64,000 bases of DNA from a bacterium (GTDB lineage Bacteria; Electryoneota; JAOADG01), in the NCBI GenBank assembly GCA_963681965.1, contig OY820579.1:1664001-1728000 (forward strand), written 5' to 3'. Position 1 is the stretch's first letter, and each line of letters begins with the position of its first letter. Made by a program: the position numbers and the translations under genes. The notes below the pieces were generated by a model. It had not been told where the DNA came from. It made no database searches and saw only the letters and a list, made by a program, of their open reading frames with translations. Of the stretch, positions 35,894-46,788 are shown piece by piece.

Positions 35894-37387
35894 ATGCACA
35901 GGAACTGCTTACTGGTTTTCATTGTATTGATGTTGTGTCTGGCAGCAATCGCCTACGCGATGACACCTACCAGTTATCGGATACACGACGATAAAAATTT
36001 CGGTCGAGTTTCTTCGGCAGCTCCAGCATCAGATGGAAAACTGCTCTCGAATTCAGTAATCGATCAACGATTCGATGCTTCTCGCAACGCTTTCTGGTTG
36101 GCAACTGGAAACGGCATCAATTATTGGCACATTACCTCAGCCGATAGTTCCATGCAATCTTTTGTTTCGGGTGTTGCAATCGGTAATGGCGGTGTCAGTG
36201 CAATCGTTCCGACGACCCGTTCAGTATGGGCTGCCACTGCCTTCGATACTACGATAAAGGGTGAAGTTTTTCCCGCAGGTGGCGGAATAGGGTATACGAC
36301 GAACGATGGGATAACTTGGACCTGGATGCATCAACCAGTCGATCGACGCGACGAAACCCGGTACAAACCGACTTCAACTGTCGTTTACAATATCGCCTAT
36401 GATCTCGCAGTGACCGATAGTGCGGTGTGGGCTGCCTGTTTTGGCGGTGGTCTGCGAAAATTCCGATTTAGCGATTCGACATGGAGTGTGGTTGCTCCCG
36501 ATACGAACGAATTCTCCTCCGGCGATTATTTGAATCATCGTGTATTTTCGGTTTTGGCGATCAACGATTCAGTGATTTGGTGCGGAACGGCGGGTGGTAT
36601 CAATTTATCACAGGATGGCGGAAACAGTTGGGAGAATTTTCATTTCATTCCAAACAATGTTCAAACGCTTCAAGGCAATTTTGTTGTGGCACTTCATCGC
36701 CAAGTAACTCGAACTGGGCGAGAAATCATCTGGGCATCGACTTGGAAAGCGGAAGATCCCAGCGAAGAGTATGGTTTGTGTTGGTCCGATAATTTGGGTG
36801 CCTCTTGGAATCGAACTCTTGAAGGAGTGAAGATTCACAACATTACTTCGGTCGATAGCGTGGTATATGCCGTCGGTCCCGATGGTTTGTTCAAATCGAA
36901 TGACTATGGCGAGACTTGGGGCAATTTTCCCAACATGATCGATTGGCGCGGAAACGAACGATTCGGCGAAACAGAATTGTATTCGGTGGCGATCGGCAAT
37001 CATCGATTATCGGTCGGTGGTCCCGATGGTTGGGCGACGAGTAACGACTTAGGTGGTAGCTGGTCAATCGGTCGATCTTTTGTGTCGACTACCGAAGCCG
37101 AACAACCATCGATCTATGCCTATCCCAATCCATTCAGTCCACAACGCTTCGGACTTGTGCGATTTCAGTACAATCTTGCGAACTCCGGCAACGTGACGCT
37201 TACGCTATTCAATTATGCGATGGAAAAAGCGGGCACGATCATTAAAAATGCCAGCCGACCGGCAGGTGACAATACTGAATTGTGGAATGGTCGCTTCGGT
37301 AGTTCTACTCTGGCAAATGGTGTGTATTTCTACCGACTGGAAAAGCCGGGTGGCGAGTTCTGGGGAAAAATTATCATTCTCGATTAA
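35894..37387 (+). CDS. Secreted Asp-box (BNR) beta-propeller protein with FlgD/T9SS-like C-terminal domain
   Basis: Repeated SxDGGxSW/SNDYGETW; YAYPNPFSP...WNGR...LANGVYFY. Confidence 0.8.
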   Translation: MHRNCLLVFIVLMLCLAAIAYAMTPTSYRIHDDKNFGRVSSAAPASDGKLLSNSVIDQRFDASRNAFWLATGNGINYWHITSADSSMQSFVSGVAIGNGGVSAIVPTTRSVWAATAFDTTIKGEVFPAGGGIGYTTNDGITWTWMHQPVDRRDETRYKPTSTVVYNIAYDLAVTDSAVWAACFGGGLRKFRFSDSTWSVVAPDTNEFSSGDYLNHRVFSVLAINDSVIWCGTAGGINLSQDGGNSWENFHFIPNNVQTLQGNFVVALHRQVTRTGREIIWASTWKAEDPSEEYGLCWSDNLGASWNRTLEGVKIHNITSVDSVVYAVGPDGLFKSNDYGETWGNFPNMIDWRGNERFGETELYSVAIGNHRLSVGGPDGWATSNDLGGSWSIGRSFVSTTEAEQPSIYAYPNPFSPQRFGLVRFQYNLANSGNVTLTLFNYAMEKAGTIIKNASRPAGDNTELWNGRFGSSTLANGVYFYRLEKPGGEFWGKIIILD

Positions 37388-37455
37388 TCGAATCGAATTG
37401 CCACATTATTAACCAATGGATCTAGTGAATAGCACAATCGGTACGATGAGGAAAC

Positions 37456-38400
37456 ATGCATAAAATACTATTCATTCTGCTACTACTAGCGATCACGCTT
37501 TCGTGTGCTGCTCAAGACAACGCGGGAATGATGGCTGGTAGTTTTGAACGGATTGGCGTATCGGCACGTACGCGAGCCATGGGAAATGCCGGAACGGCAA
37601 TTGCCGAAGGGTATAGCACTGCTTACGACAATCCCGCATTTCTTCCGGTTCTTCCGAAAAAATCTGCCGGTGTGACGATGAATCGGTTGGCGCTCGACCG
37701 CAAATTTACTCATCTTGGTTTCGTGTCGCCGTTAAAAGGCGGTGCCGGAGTATCGCTCTGGTGGATCAATGCCGGTGTCGAGAACATCGATAGTCGCGAT
37801 CAGGATGGCAATAAACTCGATCAACTAAGCTATTACGACAATGCTTTTGCATTGGGGTTTGCAATCTCACCTGTACCGGAAAAAGTATCGATCGGTTTAA
37901 ATTTCAAAGTGTTCTATGGTCTTTTTCCACGGATTAAAGACGACGGCAAAGCGATCAAAGGGAATGGTTTGGGTTTCGATGTCGGTACTCGCATTGCCCT
38001 CCCATATCACCTAACTGCAGGAGTTGTACTCCACGATCTAGGTGGTAAGTATACCTGGAATAGCGATGGCTACTGGAGTCAAGGATCAACAAAGATCGAC
38101 AAATTTCCAGTCCAGACACGTCTCGGTATGGCTTATAACAATAATGGAATCACTGGAACGGTCGATGGTGAATTGACGACTGGTCAACAAAAGCTCCGCG
38201 TAGGCGCTGAATACCGGTATCGGGAAGATGAACCGATCGGTGGTGCGCTTCGGGCGGGGATGGATGGAGCATCACCAAGTTTCGGATTCGGAGTGCACTG
38301 GTTGCTGGGTAAGCTTCCGACCAATTTAGATTATGCTTATGTCCTCGATGCCATTGCTCCGACCGATACGCAAGTGTTGACTTGGTCGGTAAGTTTCTAA
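37456..38400 (+). CDS. PorV/PorQ-family outer-membrane beta-barrel
   Basis: GVSARTRAMGNA...YDNPA; terminal F. Confidence 0.8.
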   Translation: MHKILFILLLLAITLSCAAQDNAGMMAGSFERIGVSARTRAMGNAGTAIAEGYSTAYDNPAFLPVLPKKSAGVTMNRLALDRKFTHLGFVSPLKGGAGVSLWWINAGVENIDSRDQDGNKLDQLSYYDNAFALGFAISPVPEKVSIGLNFKVFYGLFPRIKDDGKAIKGNGLGFDVGTRIALPYHLTAGVVLHDLGGKYTWNSDGYWSQGSTKIDKFPVQTRLGMAYNNNGITGTVDGELTTGQQKLRVGAEYRYREDEPIGGALRAGMDGASPSFGFGVHWLLGKLPTNLDYAYVLDAIAPTDTQVLTWSVSF

Positions 38401-38426
38401 TCCAAGATTGATCTTGAGTTGGGGTG

Positions 38427-38459
38427 AATTGCGTAGAAGAAAAATTCTACGCAATTTTT
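38427..38459 (+). terminator. Intrinsic terminator
   Basis: aattgcgtagaa/ttctacgcaatt stem followed by Ts. Confidence 0.7.
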
Positions 38460-38547
38460 CATTCGAGTCCGACGGTGTCAAATCTTCATCCAATCTCGTA
38501 TTGTTTAGTAGTATTCATTTTCGAGGTAAAGGTAATCAAATCGATAC

Positions 38548-40386
38548 ATGAGTAAATTTCTCGACACGATTGATCAACGAGTAATTGTCGCCGATGGTGC
38601 GATGGGCACACAACTATATGCCCAAGGGATTCCCTTTCATCGCTGCTACGATAGCCTCAATTTAACCGATCCGGTTCGGATCGAACGCATCCACCGTAGC
38701 TACATCGCAGCCGGAGCTGAGCTGATCGAGACTAACACTTTTGGGGCGAATCGTGTACGACTGAGTGCATTTGGATTAAGTGATCGAGTTGTCGATATCA
38801 ATCGTCGTGGTGCCGAGATCGCACGCTGGGTTGCTGGTAACGATCGCTTTATCGCGGGATCGATTTCTTCGCTAGGAAAACCGTTGGCTCCCATCGGTAA
38901 AATTTCTCATGAAACCGCTCGCGATGTTTTTCGGGAACAAGCGACGGCATTGATCGAGGGCGGCGTCGATGTATTATTGCTGGAAACCTTCACTTCGCTC
39001 TCCGAAGCGTTGGTTGCGCTACAGGGTGTAAAGCCGGTTGCAGTAGAACATGATATTCCCGTCTGGTTACAAATCACCTTTACCGAAGAGGGAAAAACAT
39101 TAGTTGGCGACAAACCGGAGGAGGTCGCGAGGAAATTGCGCGATGCCGGTGCCGATGGTATTGGATCGAATTGTTCGATGGGTCCGCAAGTACTATTCGA
39201 AGTAATGGAACGGATGACCCGGGTAGACGGAATCCGCTTTTCCTGTCAACCGAATGCTGGTTTGCCGCAAGTGATCGAAGGGCGGTATGTCTATCTTGCC
39301 AGTCCAAGTTACTTTGCCGAATACGCGGAACGATTCCGGTCGCTCGGAATTTCATTGATTGGCGGATGTTGCGGTACTACACCGGAACATATCAAAGCAA
39401 TTAGCGAAATGGTTGGTGGAAAGTCGATCGATCATTCGACCACGCGCGAGATTTTTACCATTACTTCGATCGATAGCGAACCGGAAAAAAAAACGGAAGA
39501 ATTGATTGAACCGGAACGATTTATCGATCGATTAATCGGAGACGAGTATTATATCTCGGTGGAAATCGATCCGCCTCGTGGTGTAAATAGCGAGAAGCTG
39601 GTTCAGGGGGCAAAACTCTGCAAAGCTGGTGGTATTCATTGTGTGAATGTCGCCGACAGCCCCTTGGCACGTGCCCGGATGTCGCCATTAGCATTATCGC
39701 ATATCATTCGCGATGCGGTCGGTATTGAAATTATTCTGCACATGAGTTGTCGCGACCGGAATGTTCTGGCAACCCAAGCCGAATTGATGGGTGCTCACGC
39801 GCTGCAGATCAGGAATATTTTGGCAGTAACCGGAGATCCACCGATTTTGGGCGACTATCCCGATGCGAAAGGAGTGTTCGAACTAGATAGCGTCAGCTTA
39901 ACAAGATTGATCGGGACACTCAATCAGGGGATGGATCTTTCCGGTCGGAAATTGGATTCGCCATGCTATTTTTCAATCGGTGTCGCACTTAACCCAACAG
40001 CCGAAAAGATGGAAGCCGAGTTGGAAAAATATGCCCGCAAAATCGAAGCTGGTGCGATGTTTGCCATGACACAACCGCTATTCGACCCGGATATTTTAGC
40101 AACCTTTTTAGCTAAATGGAATGGACCGAAGCTCCCGGTGATGGTGGGTGTGCTACCGTTACGGAATACGAAACATGCCGAGTATATCCATAATGAAGTT
40201 CCGGGTATGACAGTTCCGGAATCGGTTCGAAAGCGGATGTATGCGGCTGGGGAGGATGGACCGAAAGAAGGTGTTAAGATTGCACAAGAGTTTCTTAAGG
40301 AAGCCAAACAGATGAGTGCAGGATTATATTTAATGCCTCCATTCAATAAATTCGAAATGGCAGTTGAAATTGTTCAAGTACTGTAG
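38548..40386 (+). CDS. yitJ: Bifunctional homocysteine S-methyltransferase / methylenetetrahydrofolate reductase (YitJ-like)
   Basis: DGAMGT, ETNTFGAN, NCSMGP, PNAGLP, GGCCGTTPEHI; C-terminal VEIDPPRG, CRDRN, TGDPP. Confidence 0.92.
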   Translation: MSKFLDTIDQRVIVADGAMGTQLYAQGIPFHRCYDSLNLTDPVRIERIHRSYIAAGAELIETNTFGANRVRLSAFGLSDRVVDINRRGAEIARWVAGNDRFIAGSISSLGKPLAPIGKISHETARDVFREQATALIEGGVDVLLLETFTSLSEALVALQGVKPVAVEHDIPVWLQITFTEEGKTLVGDKPEEVARKLRDAGADGIGSNCSMGPQVLFEVMERMTRVDGIRFSCQPNAGLPQVIEGRYVYLASPSYFAEYAERFRSLGISLIGGCCGTTPEHIKAISEMVGGKSIDHSTTREIFTITSIDSEPEKKTEELIEPERFIDRLIGDEYYISVEIDPPRGVNSEKLVQGAKLCKAGGIHCVNVADSPLARARMSPLALSHIIRDAVGIEIILHMSCRDRNVLATQAELMGAHALQIRNILAVTGDPPILGDYPDAKGVFELDSVSLTRLIGTLNQGMDLSGRKLDSPCYFSIGVALNPTAEKMEAELEKYARKIEAGAMFAMTQPLFDPDILATFLAKWNGPKLPVMVGVLPLRNTKHAEYIHNEVPGMTVPESVRKRMYAAGEDGPKEGVKIAQEFLKEAKQMSAGLYLMPPFNKFEMAVEIVQVL

Positions 40387-40407
40387 AATTCAATAAATAT
40401 AGTATTG

Positions 40408-40436
40408 ATAACCGCTGTAGTCGCGGTTATTTTTTT
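40408..40436 (+). terminator. Intrinsic terminator
   Basis: ataaccgc-tgtagtc-gcggttat followed by T run. Confidence 0.75.
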
Positions 40437-40659
40437 AGAAGTTATCGTCAATCATACAAGAGAAAGGCGAAACTGTTAATATACGTGCGGTATACCTATC
40501 TTTCGAAAATTTCTTGGTTATTATTGCCCTTATGCATTGCCCTCATTACTTTGCAATTCCGATCAGATGTAACTTCGATTTTTTTTCCGATTCTTTCCAC
40601 GCATTTTCTGAATAAATAGTACTAAGATGCAAAGTCCTGTTTTTTAAAAGGGGATAAAC

Positions 40660-41262
40660 ATGTACTTGAAAATTGGATCAACGATTCTGTTTGTGTTTTT
40701 GTTATTTACTTTCGCTTTTGGGGCAAATTTGGAAAAAGGGTCATCGATTATTGGGGGTACAGCCTCGTATTTTTCGCGAAAATATTCCGATAGTCCGACT
40801 TCAGTAGGGTTTCAATTAACTCCCAGTTATACTTATGCATTTAATCCCAATTTTGGGTTAGGTATTAAAGGGAATTATTCGAGCACAAAGTATTTAGATG
40901 TAACTTTTAAGTCGGTTAGTGTCGCACCAACTGTTACCTGTTTTATCAACGTCGAAAATCAAAACGTTATTCCCTATACTAGCATCGGAGTGTATTTGCT
41001 ATCAAAAAGCGATGGTGGTAATTCTACGGTGAAAGAGACCTGTCAAATTCCCGAGTTATCATTGGGAATCTTATGCAAAGTATCCAGTGGACTGGCGATC
41101 GATATCAGGGCAGTGTACTACGAATCGGAAACGACCTCCGAAAGTAATTCTTATGACTATTATGGGAGCAGTTACTCCGATCAAACCAGTTACAAGCAGA
41201 AGGTTTTCAAAGTCGAATTCGGGCTAATGGGAATTCTAACGCCCAATACTTCGAGTCAATAG
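40660..41262 (+). CDS. Small outer-membrane beta-barrel protein
   Basis: Signal peptide; LEKGSSIIGG; alternating beta-strand pattern. Confidence 0.7.
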   Translation: MYLKIGSTILFVFLLFTFAFGANLEKGSSIIGGTASYFSRKYSDSPTSVGFQLTPSYTYAFNPNFGLGIKGNYSSTKYLDVTFKSVSVAPTVTCFINVENQNVIPYTSIGVYLLSKSDGGNSTVKETCQIPELSLGILCKVSSGLAIDIRAVYYESETTSESNSYDYYGSSYSDQTSYKQKVFKVEFGLMGILTPNTSSQ

Positions 41263-41285
41263 TGTCCACAAAACAAATGAGTAAG

Positions 41286-41318
41286 AAAAAACGGGCTTCC
41301 CGAAGGAAGCCCGTTTTT
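41286..41318. terminator. Bidirectional intrinsic terminator
   Basis: aaaaaacgggcttcc-cgaa-ggaagcccgttttt between convergent genes. Confidence 0.88.
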
Positions 41319-41344
41319 CGTACAAAAGATGTAATTAAGAATAA

Positions 41345-42478
41345 TTACTTCGTCGGCATATAGCGTAGCGATGCCATCGTCGACCAACCGGTGGAAGATG
41401 CACCAGTTAGGAAATAGGGACCACGATTGATGACGCCCGGATCGACATTCAGATCCAGCATGAAATCACCCTTGCGCATTCCCGCGCCGAGGTACAACGA
41501 AGTCGTGGAAGATCCCCACTCTTTGTTGTTGTCTTCGGAATAGGTTTCCCAATTTCGAACTGCACCAATACGCGCCGTCAACCAATTGGTAACTGGGGTC
41601 TCGAAACCAAACGAATAATAAGGAAGAGTGTTTTCGCTGATTTTCGTCGTTGTGGATGGACCACCAGTCGGTTCAACTTTATTCTCGGTGCTTGACGTTT
41701 GGATACCAAAGTCGGCAACAAAAAGTGTGCTTTCGGTAATCCAAGTATTGAAACCAGCGCCAAGTGCAATCGACGTAGTCTTATCCGAGGCTTTGCCAAC
41801 ACCTGTTTGGTCGACACCCTGATTTTCGGAAGAGAACATGAAATAGGGGATCACATAGGAGTGATCTTCTACCTGCCACCAATAGCGGGCATTCAAATCC
41901 ATTAAGAAACCGCCATTGGGTTTGGAAGCATCGTCACCGGCAGCGTCTTTATCGGTAAAGCTGTGAGTGCGAATATTTAAACCGACATCGAGTTTCTCGA
42001 TGAATGTCGCACCAAAACCGACACCCATATAAGTCTGCGAACGTTCGGTTTTATCGCCTGCAACTTTCGATTTCCAGCTATTTTGGTAAATATTCAGGTT
42101 CATACCGAACGGGATATCGCCAAGTTTGCGACCATAGTACAGATTTAACTTCGGTGCGGTATTGACATCGGTTGCACCGTTTTCTTTCACTTGGGGTCCG
42201 TACATTCCACCTTCCGGAATGCCTTCAGTGGTTAGATACATAGCGTACACGGCATCACGAACTTTATAGTGACCACCGATTGAATATAGATTTGCTCCAT
42301 CGATTTCCATCGAAGCAAAAATTGGGTAGTTATTGATCGCTTGGGGATAAAGCTCGATATTAGCCTTGTCCTTGACGATGTGGTTCACTTCACCTAATGT
42401 GAGCACGCGAACGCGAGTCGCGCTAGCTACACTGACAAGCAGAACGATTAAAGCTAAACTTAATAGCTTACGGTTCAT
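41345..42478 (-). CDS. Outer-membrane beta-barrel / porin-like protein
   Basis: Signal peptide ending ASA-T; amphipathic beta strands throughout. Confidence 0.7.
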   Translation of the reverse strand: MNRKLLSLALIVLLVSVASATRVRVLTLGEVNHIVKDKANIELYPQAINNYPIFASMEIDGANLYSIGGHYKVRDAVYAMYLTTEGIPEGGMYGPQVKENGATDVNTAPKLNLYYGRKLGDIPFGMNLNIYQNSWKSKVAGDKTERSQTYMGVGFGATFIEKLDVGLNIRTHSFTDKDAAGDDASKPNGGFLMDLNARYWWQVEDHSYVIPYFMFSSENQGVDQTGVGKASDKTTSIALGAGFNTWITESTLFVADFGIQTSSTENKVEPTGGPSTTTKISENTLPYYSFGFETPVTNWLTARIGAVRNWETYSEDNNKEWGSSTTSLYLGAGMRKGDFMLDLNVDPGVINRGPYFLTGASSTGWSTMASLRYMPTK

Positions 42479-42818
42479 AGAGATAGTCTCCTACACGATT
42501 AAACGGATCGGTTTGGATCATTCAAGATCGGTAGCTGAAGACGGTCAACCGATCAGGAAAAGTATAGAACCATTGGGAGCAGCTCTTCGAGGTACATCAC
42601 GATTCCGGTCTTAAAATACAAATATGAGGCCTCAAAAGCAATACCAGCGCGGGATAAATACTAATAAGTTTGCTGAATTAGTCGATTTACTCTCTGATTG
42701 AGACCGGAAGTTAAGGAAATTCCTCAAATTCTCAACCGGCTTGCATCGCTTCCCTACATTTGCTTATTTTACTCTACTTCTAATTGTCCTACAGATCGCT
42801 CGACTGCTGAGGTGAAGA

Positions 42819-43781
42819 ATGCGGATTTTTAAGTCGGTTTCTTTTTTGTTGTTAATGCTAGCATTAATGCTAATTGGCATGCCGTTATTTTCGGGGTGTG
42901 GACGTAACTCTACTGACCCGATCGTCACGACACGATCCCCTTCCGAAGATGACGATACTCGTTTAGCGTATTATGCCATCGAGACCTTCGACAAATTTAT
43001 GCTTTCGATCGAGCAGTCTAAGAGTCGCTTTGGAGTCAATGGCGGTGTCGATTATTCGGTGTATACTCCTGTTGGCTGGGATACTTTGATTCCACGTGAT
43101 ACTACCGAGCAACCGACTACGGAAAAATTGCTTTCCGTACCGTGGAGCAATTTGCTCTATCAAAGCCTCTATCAAGAGTCGGAACTGTCGAGAATTCAGT
43201 TCGATAAAGACCTCGATGCCGGCATCGCGTTGCGACCAGCACGGGTTTTCTGGGGCTTCTATCGGTATGGTGCATTAGGCATTTCAGTACGCGGAATTCC
43301 CGATTCGATTCGCGAACGATATCGCAATCTTCCCTTCGACGGTCTCGATTACGAAATGAAATATTCTAACAATTACCGCGACCCACGCTTTTTCAGTGGA
43401 CAGGGCGCATTTACTGGTGTTGTCAATGTGAATGTCACCTATGCCGGTGGTCGAGCGAATTCCAATCAATCCGATACGGTTACTGCAAAGATCGAATTCG
43501 ACAACGTCGGATATCAAATTGGCGACAATAGCGCACACTTTAAACTATCTGCCAATCTTCCCTATTACAATATGTTGACCGATTTCTACTCATTCTCGCG
43601 TAAACCGTTGGAAGTCGAAATCAACGTAAGTCAGAATGGTCGAGGTAGTGGAACAATCTGGTACGGCGGGTCCGAACGAGTGCATATCTATTTCGAAGGA
43701 CGTCCGTATTATTACACCGGAACTTTCCGAATCGGTCTCGACAATTTTGCGAAATCGCACACGATTCCATCTACATTCTGA
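42819..43781 (+). CDS. Hypothetical lipoprotein
   Basis: Lipobox LFSG-C; GAGGT RBS. Confidence 0.7.
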   Translation: MRIFKSVSFLLLMLALMLIGMPLFSGCGRNSTDPIVTTRSPSEDDDTRLAYYAIETFDKFMLSIEQSKSRFGVNGGVDYSVYTPVGWDTLIPRDTTEQPTTEKLLSVPWSNLLYQSLYQESELSRIQFDKDLDAGIALRPARVFWGFYRYGALGISVRGIPDSIRERYRNLPFDGLDYEMKYSNNYRDPRFFSGQGAFTGVVNVNVTYAGGRANSNQSDTVTAKIEFDNVGYQIGDNSAHFKLSANLPYYNMLTDFYSFSRKPLEVEINVSQNGRGSGTIWYGGSERVHIYFEGRPYYYTGTFRIGLDNFAKSHTIPSTF

Positions 43782-43802
43782 TCGATCATTTCGGTAGATA
43801 TT

Positions 43803-43838
43803 AAAAAACAGGCGGGAATGAATTCCCGCCTGTTTTTT
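43803..43838. terminator. Bidirectional intrinsic terminator
   Basis: aaaaaacaggcgggaat/attcccgcctgtttttt. Confidence 0.88.
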
Positions 43839-43854
43839 ATTGCTACAACTATAT

Positions 43855-44835
43855 TTATTCGCCCTCTGAAACTTTGTCCAATCTCGACACTTCATCCGAA
43901 GATAATTTTACCTCAATTGCAGGCAGTAGTTCTTCCAATTGCGCAATCGATGTGGCACCAATGATTGGACTTGTCATCCACGGTTTTGCTAGTAACCACG
44001 CGAGAGCAATCTGCGATAATTTCGCGTGATGATGATTCGCAATTTGCTCCATTTCATGAATTATTCCTTGGACACGAGGCGTTAACTTTTCAAGTGCCCG
44101 ACCGTTCATCGTATGACGCGCTCCTGCCGGTAACGCAACCGAAGATTGGTATTTTCCAGTTAACAAACCACCTTCAAGAGGACTATAGGGTATTAATCCG
44201 ATGTGTTCCTCGATCAGTGCGGGGAGTAGATCGGTTTCAAAGCTTTTCCGTAACGTGAGATTGTATTTCGGTTGGCTAGATACCGGTAGGGGTAGATTTT
44301 CCGACCGAGCAAATCGACAAATTTCGCGGTGCTGATCACCGGAAAAGTTGGAGAGACCGAGCCATCGTACTTTACCATCACGAACGAGTGTACTGAGCGC
44401 TTGCCACGTTTCTTCGATCGGAGTATTGGAGTCGGGAAAATGACACTGGTAGAGATCGATTGTATCAATCTGAAGCCTTCGGAGGGAATCTTCAACTGCT
44501 CGGGCGATGTGTTTTGCCGAAAGCCCTTCGCCATCTTCGCCTTCCCACATTTGACCACGTACTTTGGTCGCAATTACTACGTTATTCCGGGATTTTCCAA
44601 TCGATGTAGATTGTTTCAACCAATTTCCGATAAACGTCTCAGAAACGCCGCCCGGATTTCCCGGTACCCACCTGCTATAAACATCGGCAGTATCGATGAA
44701 ATTTATCCCTCCATCAACAGCGCGATCAAGGATACGGTGCGATTCGGGTTCATCGTTTGCCCAACCCATCGTCATCGTTCCCAGACAGAGTGGCGAAACT
44801 TGAAGGTCACTTTTTCCAAGTTGAATCAACTGCAT
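43855..44835 (-). CDS. Aldo/keto reductase
   Basis: LCLGTM, GINFIDTADVY, IATKV, SLRRLQIDTIDLYQCH, YSPLEGGLLTGKY. Confidence 0.95.
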   Translation of the reverse strand: MQLIQLGKSDLQVSPLCLGTMTMGWANDEPESHRILDRAVDGGINFIDTADVYSRWVPGNPGGVSETFIGNWLKQSTSIGKSRNNVVIATKVRGQMWEGEDGEGLSAKHIARAVEDSLRRLQIDTIDLYQCHFPDSNTPIEETWQALSTLVRDGKVRWLGLSNFSGDQHREICRFARSENLPLPVSSQPKYNLTLRKSFETDLLPALIEEHIGLIPYSPLEGGLLTGKYQSSVALPAGARHTMNGRALEKLTPRVQGIIHEMEQIANHHHAKLSQIALAWLLAKPWMTSPIIGATSIAQLEELLPAIEVKLSSDEVSRLDKVSEGE

Positions 44836-44838
44836 TTA

Positions 44839-45384
44839 TTATCCTCTCGACAAAAATTCTTGATGAGGTGTTTTCGTTAACCAACAATTTGGTTCGTGTT
44901 TGATCGGAAAGACACCAATACTCAATAAAAACTCATTCACAATTTCCGAACCGACGAATTTGAATTCCTGCTTGAATGCTTTTACCCAATTCGGTAGATC
45001 CAATTTTCGAGCAGCATTATTGACTAGCCAGGCGTCGAAACTGGATCCATTCCGCTGGAATTCCAGCAGCCGATTGGCATTGGCAATGATTGCCTCGATC
45101 TTTTTCCGGTTTCGGATAATCCCGGCATCGCTGCAAAGTCGATCGACATCGCTTTCGGTATAATTTGCAACAACCGGAATTTGAAATTTGTCGAAAGCGG
45201 TGCGTATTGCATCGCGTTTCTTTAATACGATAAGCCATGACAATCCCGCTTGCATTTGTTCCAGTGCCAATCGTTCAAGCAGTAAATTGTCATCGTGTAA
45301 CGGTACGCCATACTCATCATCGTGATATGTCAGATAAAGGGGGTGTGATTCCGCCCAAGCGCACCGAGTTCGAATAGTTTCCAT
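44839..45384 (-). CDS. tag: DNA-3-methyladenine glycosylase I
   Basis: RCAW...YHDDEYG...QAGLSW...GIIRNRKKI...FKFVG...HEPNC; start set at ATG 45384. Confidence 0.92.
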   Translation of the reverse strand: METIRTRCAWAESHPLYLTYHDDEYGVPLHDDNLLLERLALEQMQAGLSWLIVLKKRDAIRTAFDKFQIPVVANYTESDVDRLCSDAGIIRNRKKIEAIIANANRLLEFQRNGSSFDAWLVNNAARKLDLPNWVKAFKQEFKFVGSEIVNEFLLSIGVFPIKHEPNCWLTKTPHQEFLSRG

Positions 45385-45406
45385 TGAATGATCTCGATTT
45401 ATAATC

Positions 45407-45433
45407 AAAAACGCCCGGAAGATCCGGGCGTTT
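45407..45433 (-). terminator. Intrinsic terminator after metK
   Basis: aaacgcccgga/tccgggcgttt stem with T run on the minus strand. Confidence 0.75.
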
Positions 45434-45446
45434 CGATTGGGTCGTG

Positions 45447-46574
45447 TTACTTTAATTTCTCGACGTAGTCTTTCTTTTCCCAATTGAATTCGGGAAGTTC
45501 ACGTCCGAAGTGTCCGTAGTTAGAAGATAACCGGTAAATCGGTCGACGCAGATCCAAACGGTCGATAATTCCAGCCGGTGTCATATCGAACACCTTACTG
45601 ACCAATTTAGTGATTTCACCATCAGGCATTTTCCCGGTTCCAAAAGTATCGACCATCATACTCACTGGAGCGGCAACGCCGATTGCGTATGCTACCTGAA
45701 TTTGGCAGCGATCTGCCAAACCGGCTGCTACGACGTTCTTCGCCATGTGTCGAACGGCATAGGCTGCCGAGCGATCGACCTTGGTCGGATCCTTACCGCT
45801 GAATGCGCCACCACCATGCGGGGCAGCACCACCGTACGTATCGACGATGATCTTGCGACCCGTTAAGCCGGCATCGCCGTGCGGTCCGCCAATCACAAAA
45901 TTGCCCGTCGGATTGACATAATACTTGATGTTGGATGCCAGCATCTCGCTGGGGATCACGTGCTTGATGACGTGCTCGATGATTTCATCTTTTAATTTCG
46001 AATGAAGTACATCGGGATCATGCTGACTGGAAATCACAACCGCGGTGACGTCAACCGGTTTTCCATCGACGTAGCGAACGGATACTTGCGATTTTCCATC
46101 GGGTCGAAGATATGGCAATTCGCCACTCTTCCGTACTTCGGTTAGTCGTTGGGTTAGCTTGTGTGCAAGCATAATCGGTAACGGCATCAATTCCGGAGTT
46201 TCATTGACTGCATATCCGAACATCATACCTTGGTCACCAGCACCGGCGCGATCGACTCCCATCGCAATATCGGGTGATTGTTTGTCTAGAGTGACCATCA
46301 CCGCACAGGTTTCCCAATCGAAACCGTAATGCGAACTATTGTACCCAATGTCTTTGATTACGTTACGAACCAAATCGGCGACTGGTACGTAGGTTGTCGT
46401 CGTGATTTCACCGCCAACAAGTACCAATCCAGTCGTTGTAAAGGTTTCGCAAGCAACGCGACCGAACGGATCGTCGGTCATTACTGCGTCGAGTACGGAA
46501 TCGGAAATCTGATCTGCAATTTTATCCGGGTGACCTTCGGTCACTGATTCGGAACTAAATAAAAATTCTGCCAC
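45447..46574 (-). CDS. metK: S-adenosylmethionine synthetase
   Basis: [56 protein letters not shown]. Confidence 0.98.
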   Translation of the reverse strand: MAEFLFSSESVTEGHPDKIADQISDSVLDAVMTDDPFGRVACETFTTTGLVLVGGEITTTTYVPVADLVRNVIKDIGYNSSHYGFDWETCAVMVTLDKQSPDIAMGVDRAGAGDQGMMFGYAVNETPELMPLPIMLAHKLTQRLTEVRKSGELPYLRPDGKSQVSVRYVDGKPVDVTAVVISSQHDPDVLHSKLKDEIIEHVIKHVIPSEMLASNIKYYVNPTGNFVIGGPHGDAGLTGRKIIVDTYGGAAPHGGGAFSGKDPTKVDRSAAYAVRHMAKNVVAAGLADRCQIQVAYAIGVAAPVSMMVDTFGTGKMPDGEITKLVSKVFDMTPAGIIDRLDLRRPIYRLSSNYGHFGRELPEFNWEKKDYVEKLK

Positions 46575-46788
46575 GCTATATCTCCCTCGAGCCTCGGGGC
46601 CTTCGTTGATGTATTAGATAAGAGCCGGTGACTGCATTTCCGCTCTCAACCCAAGTAGTAAAGATCGATTGGAAGTAATCTTGCAATCGAACCGAAATTC
46701 AATAAATATGATACGATGAATTAGCGGTAGTACACAGACTAATTCGAATACGTCGGTTAAACGTATTTTAATTCAAAATTGTAGTATC

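Noticed and set aside
46575-46690. SAM riboswitch upstream of metK
   Set aside because: Only short stems (gttga/tcaac, gagc/gctc); SAM-I consensus elements not found by eye. An Rfam scan would settle it.
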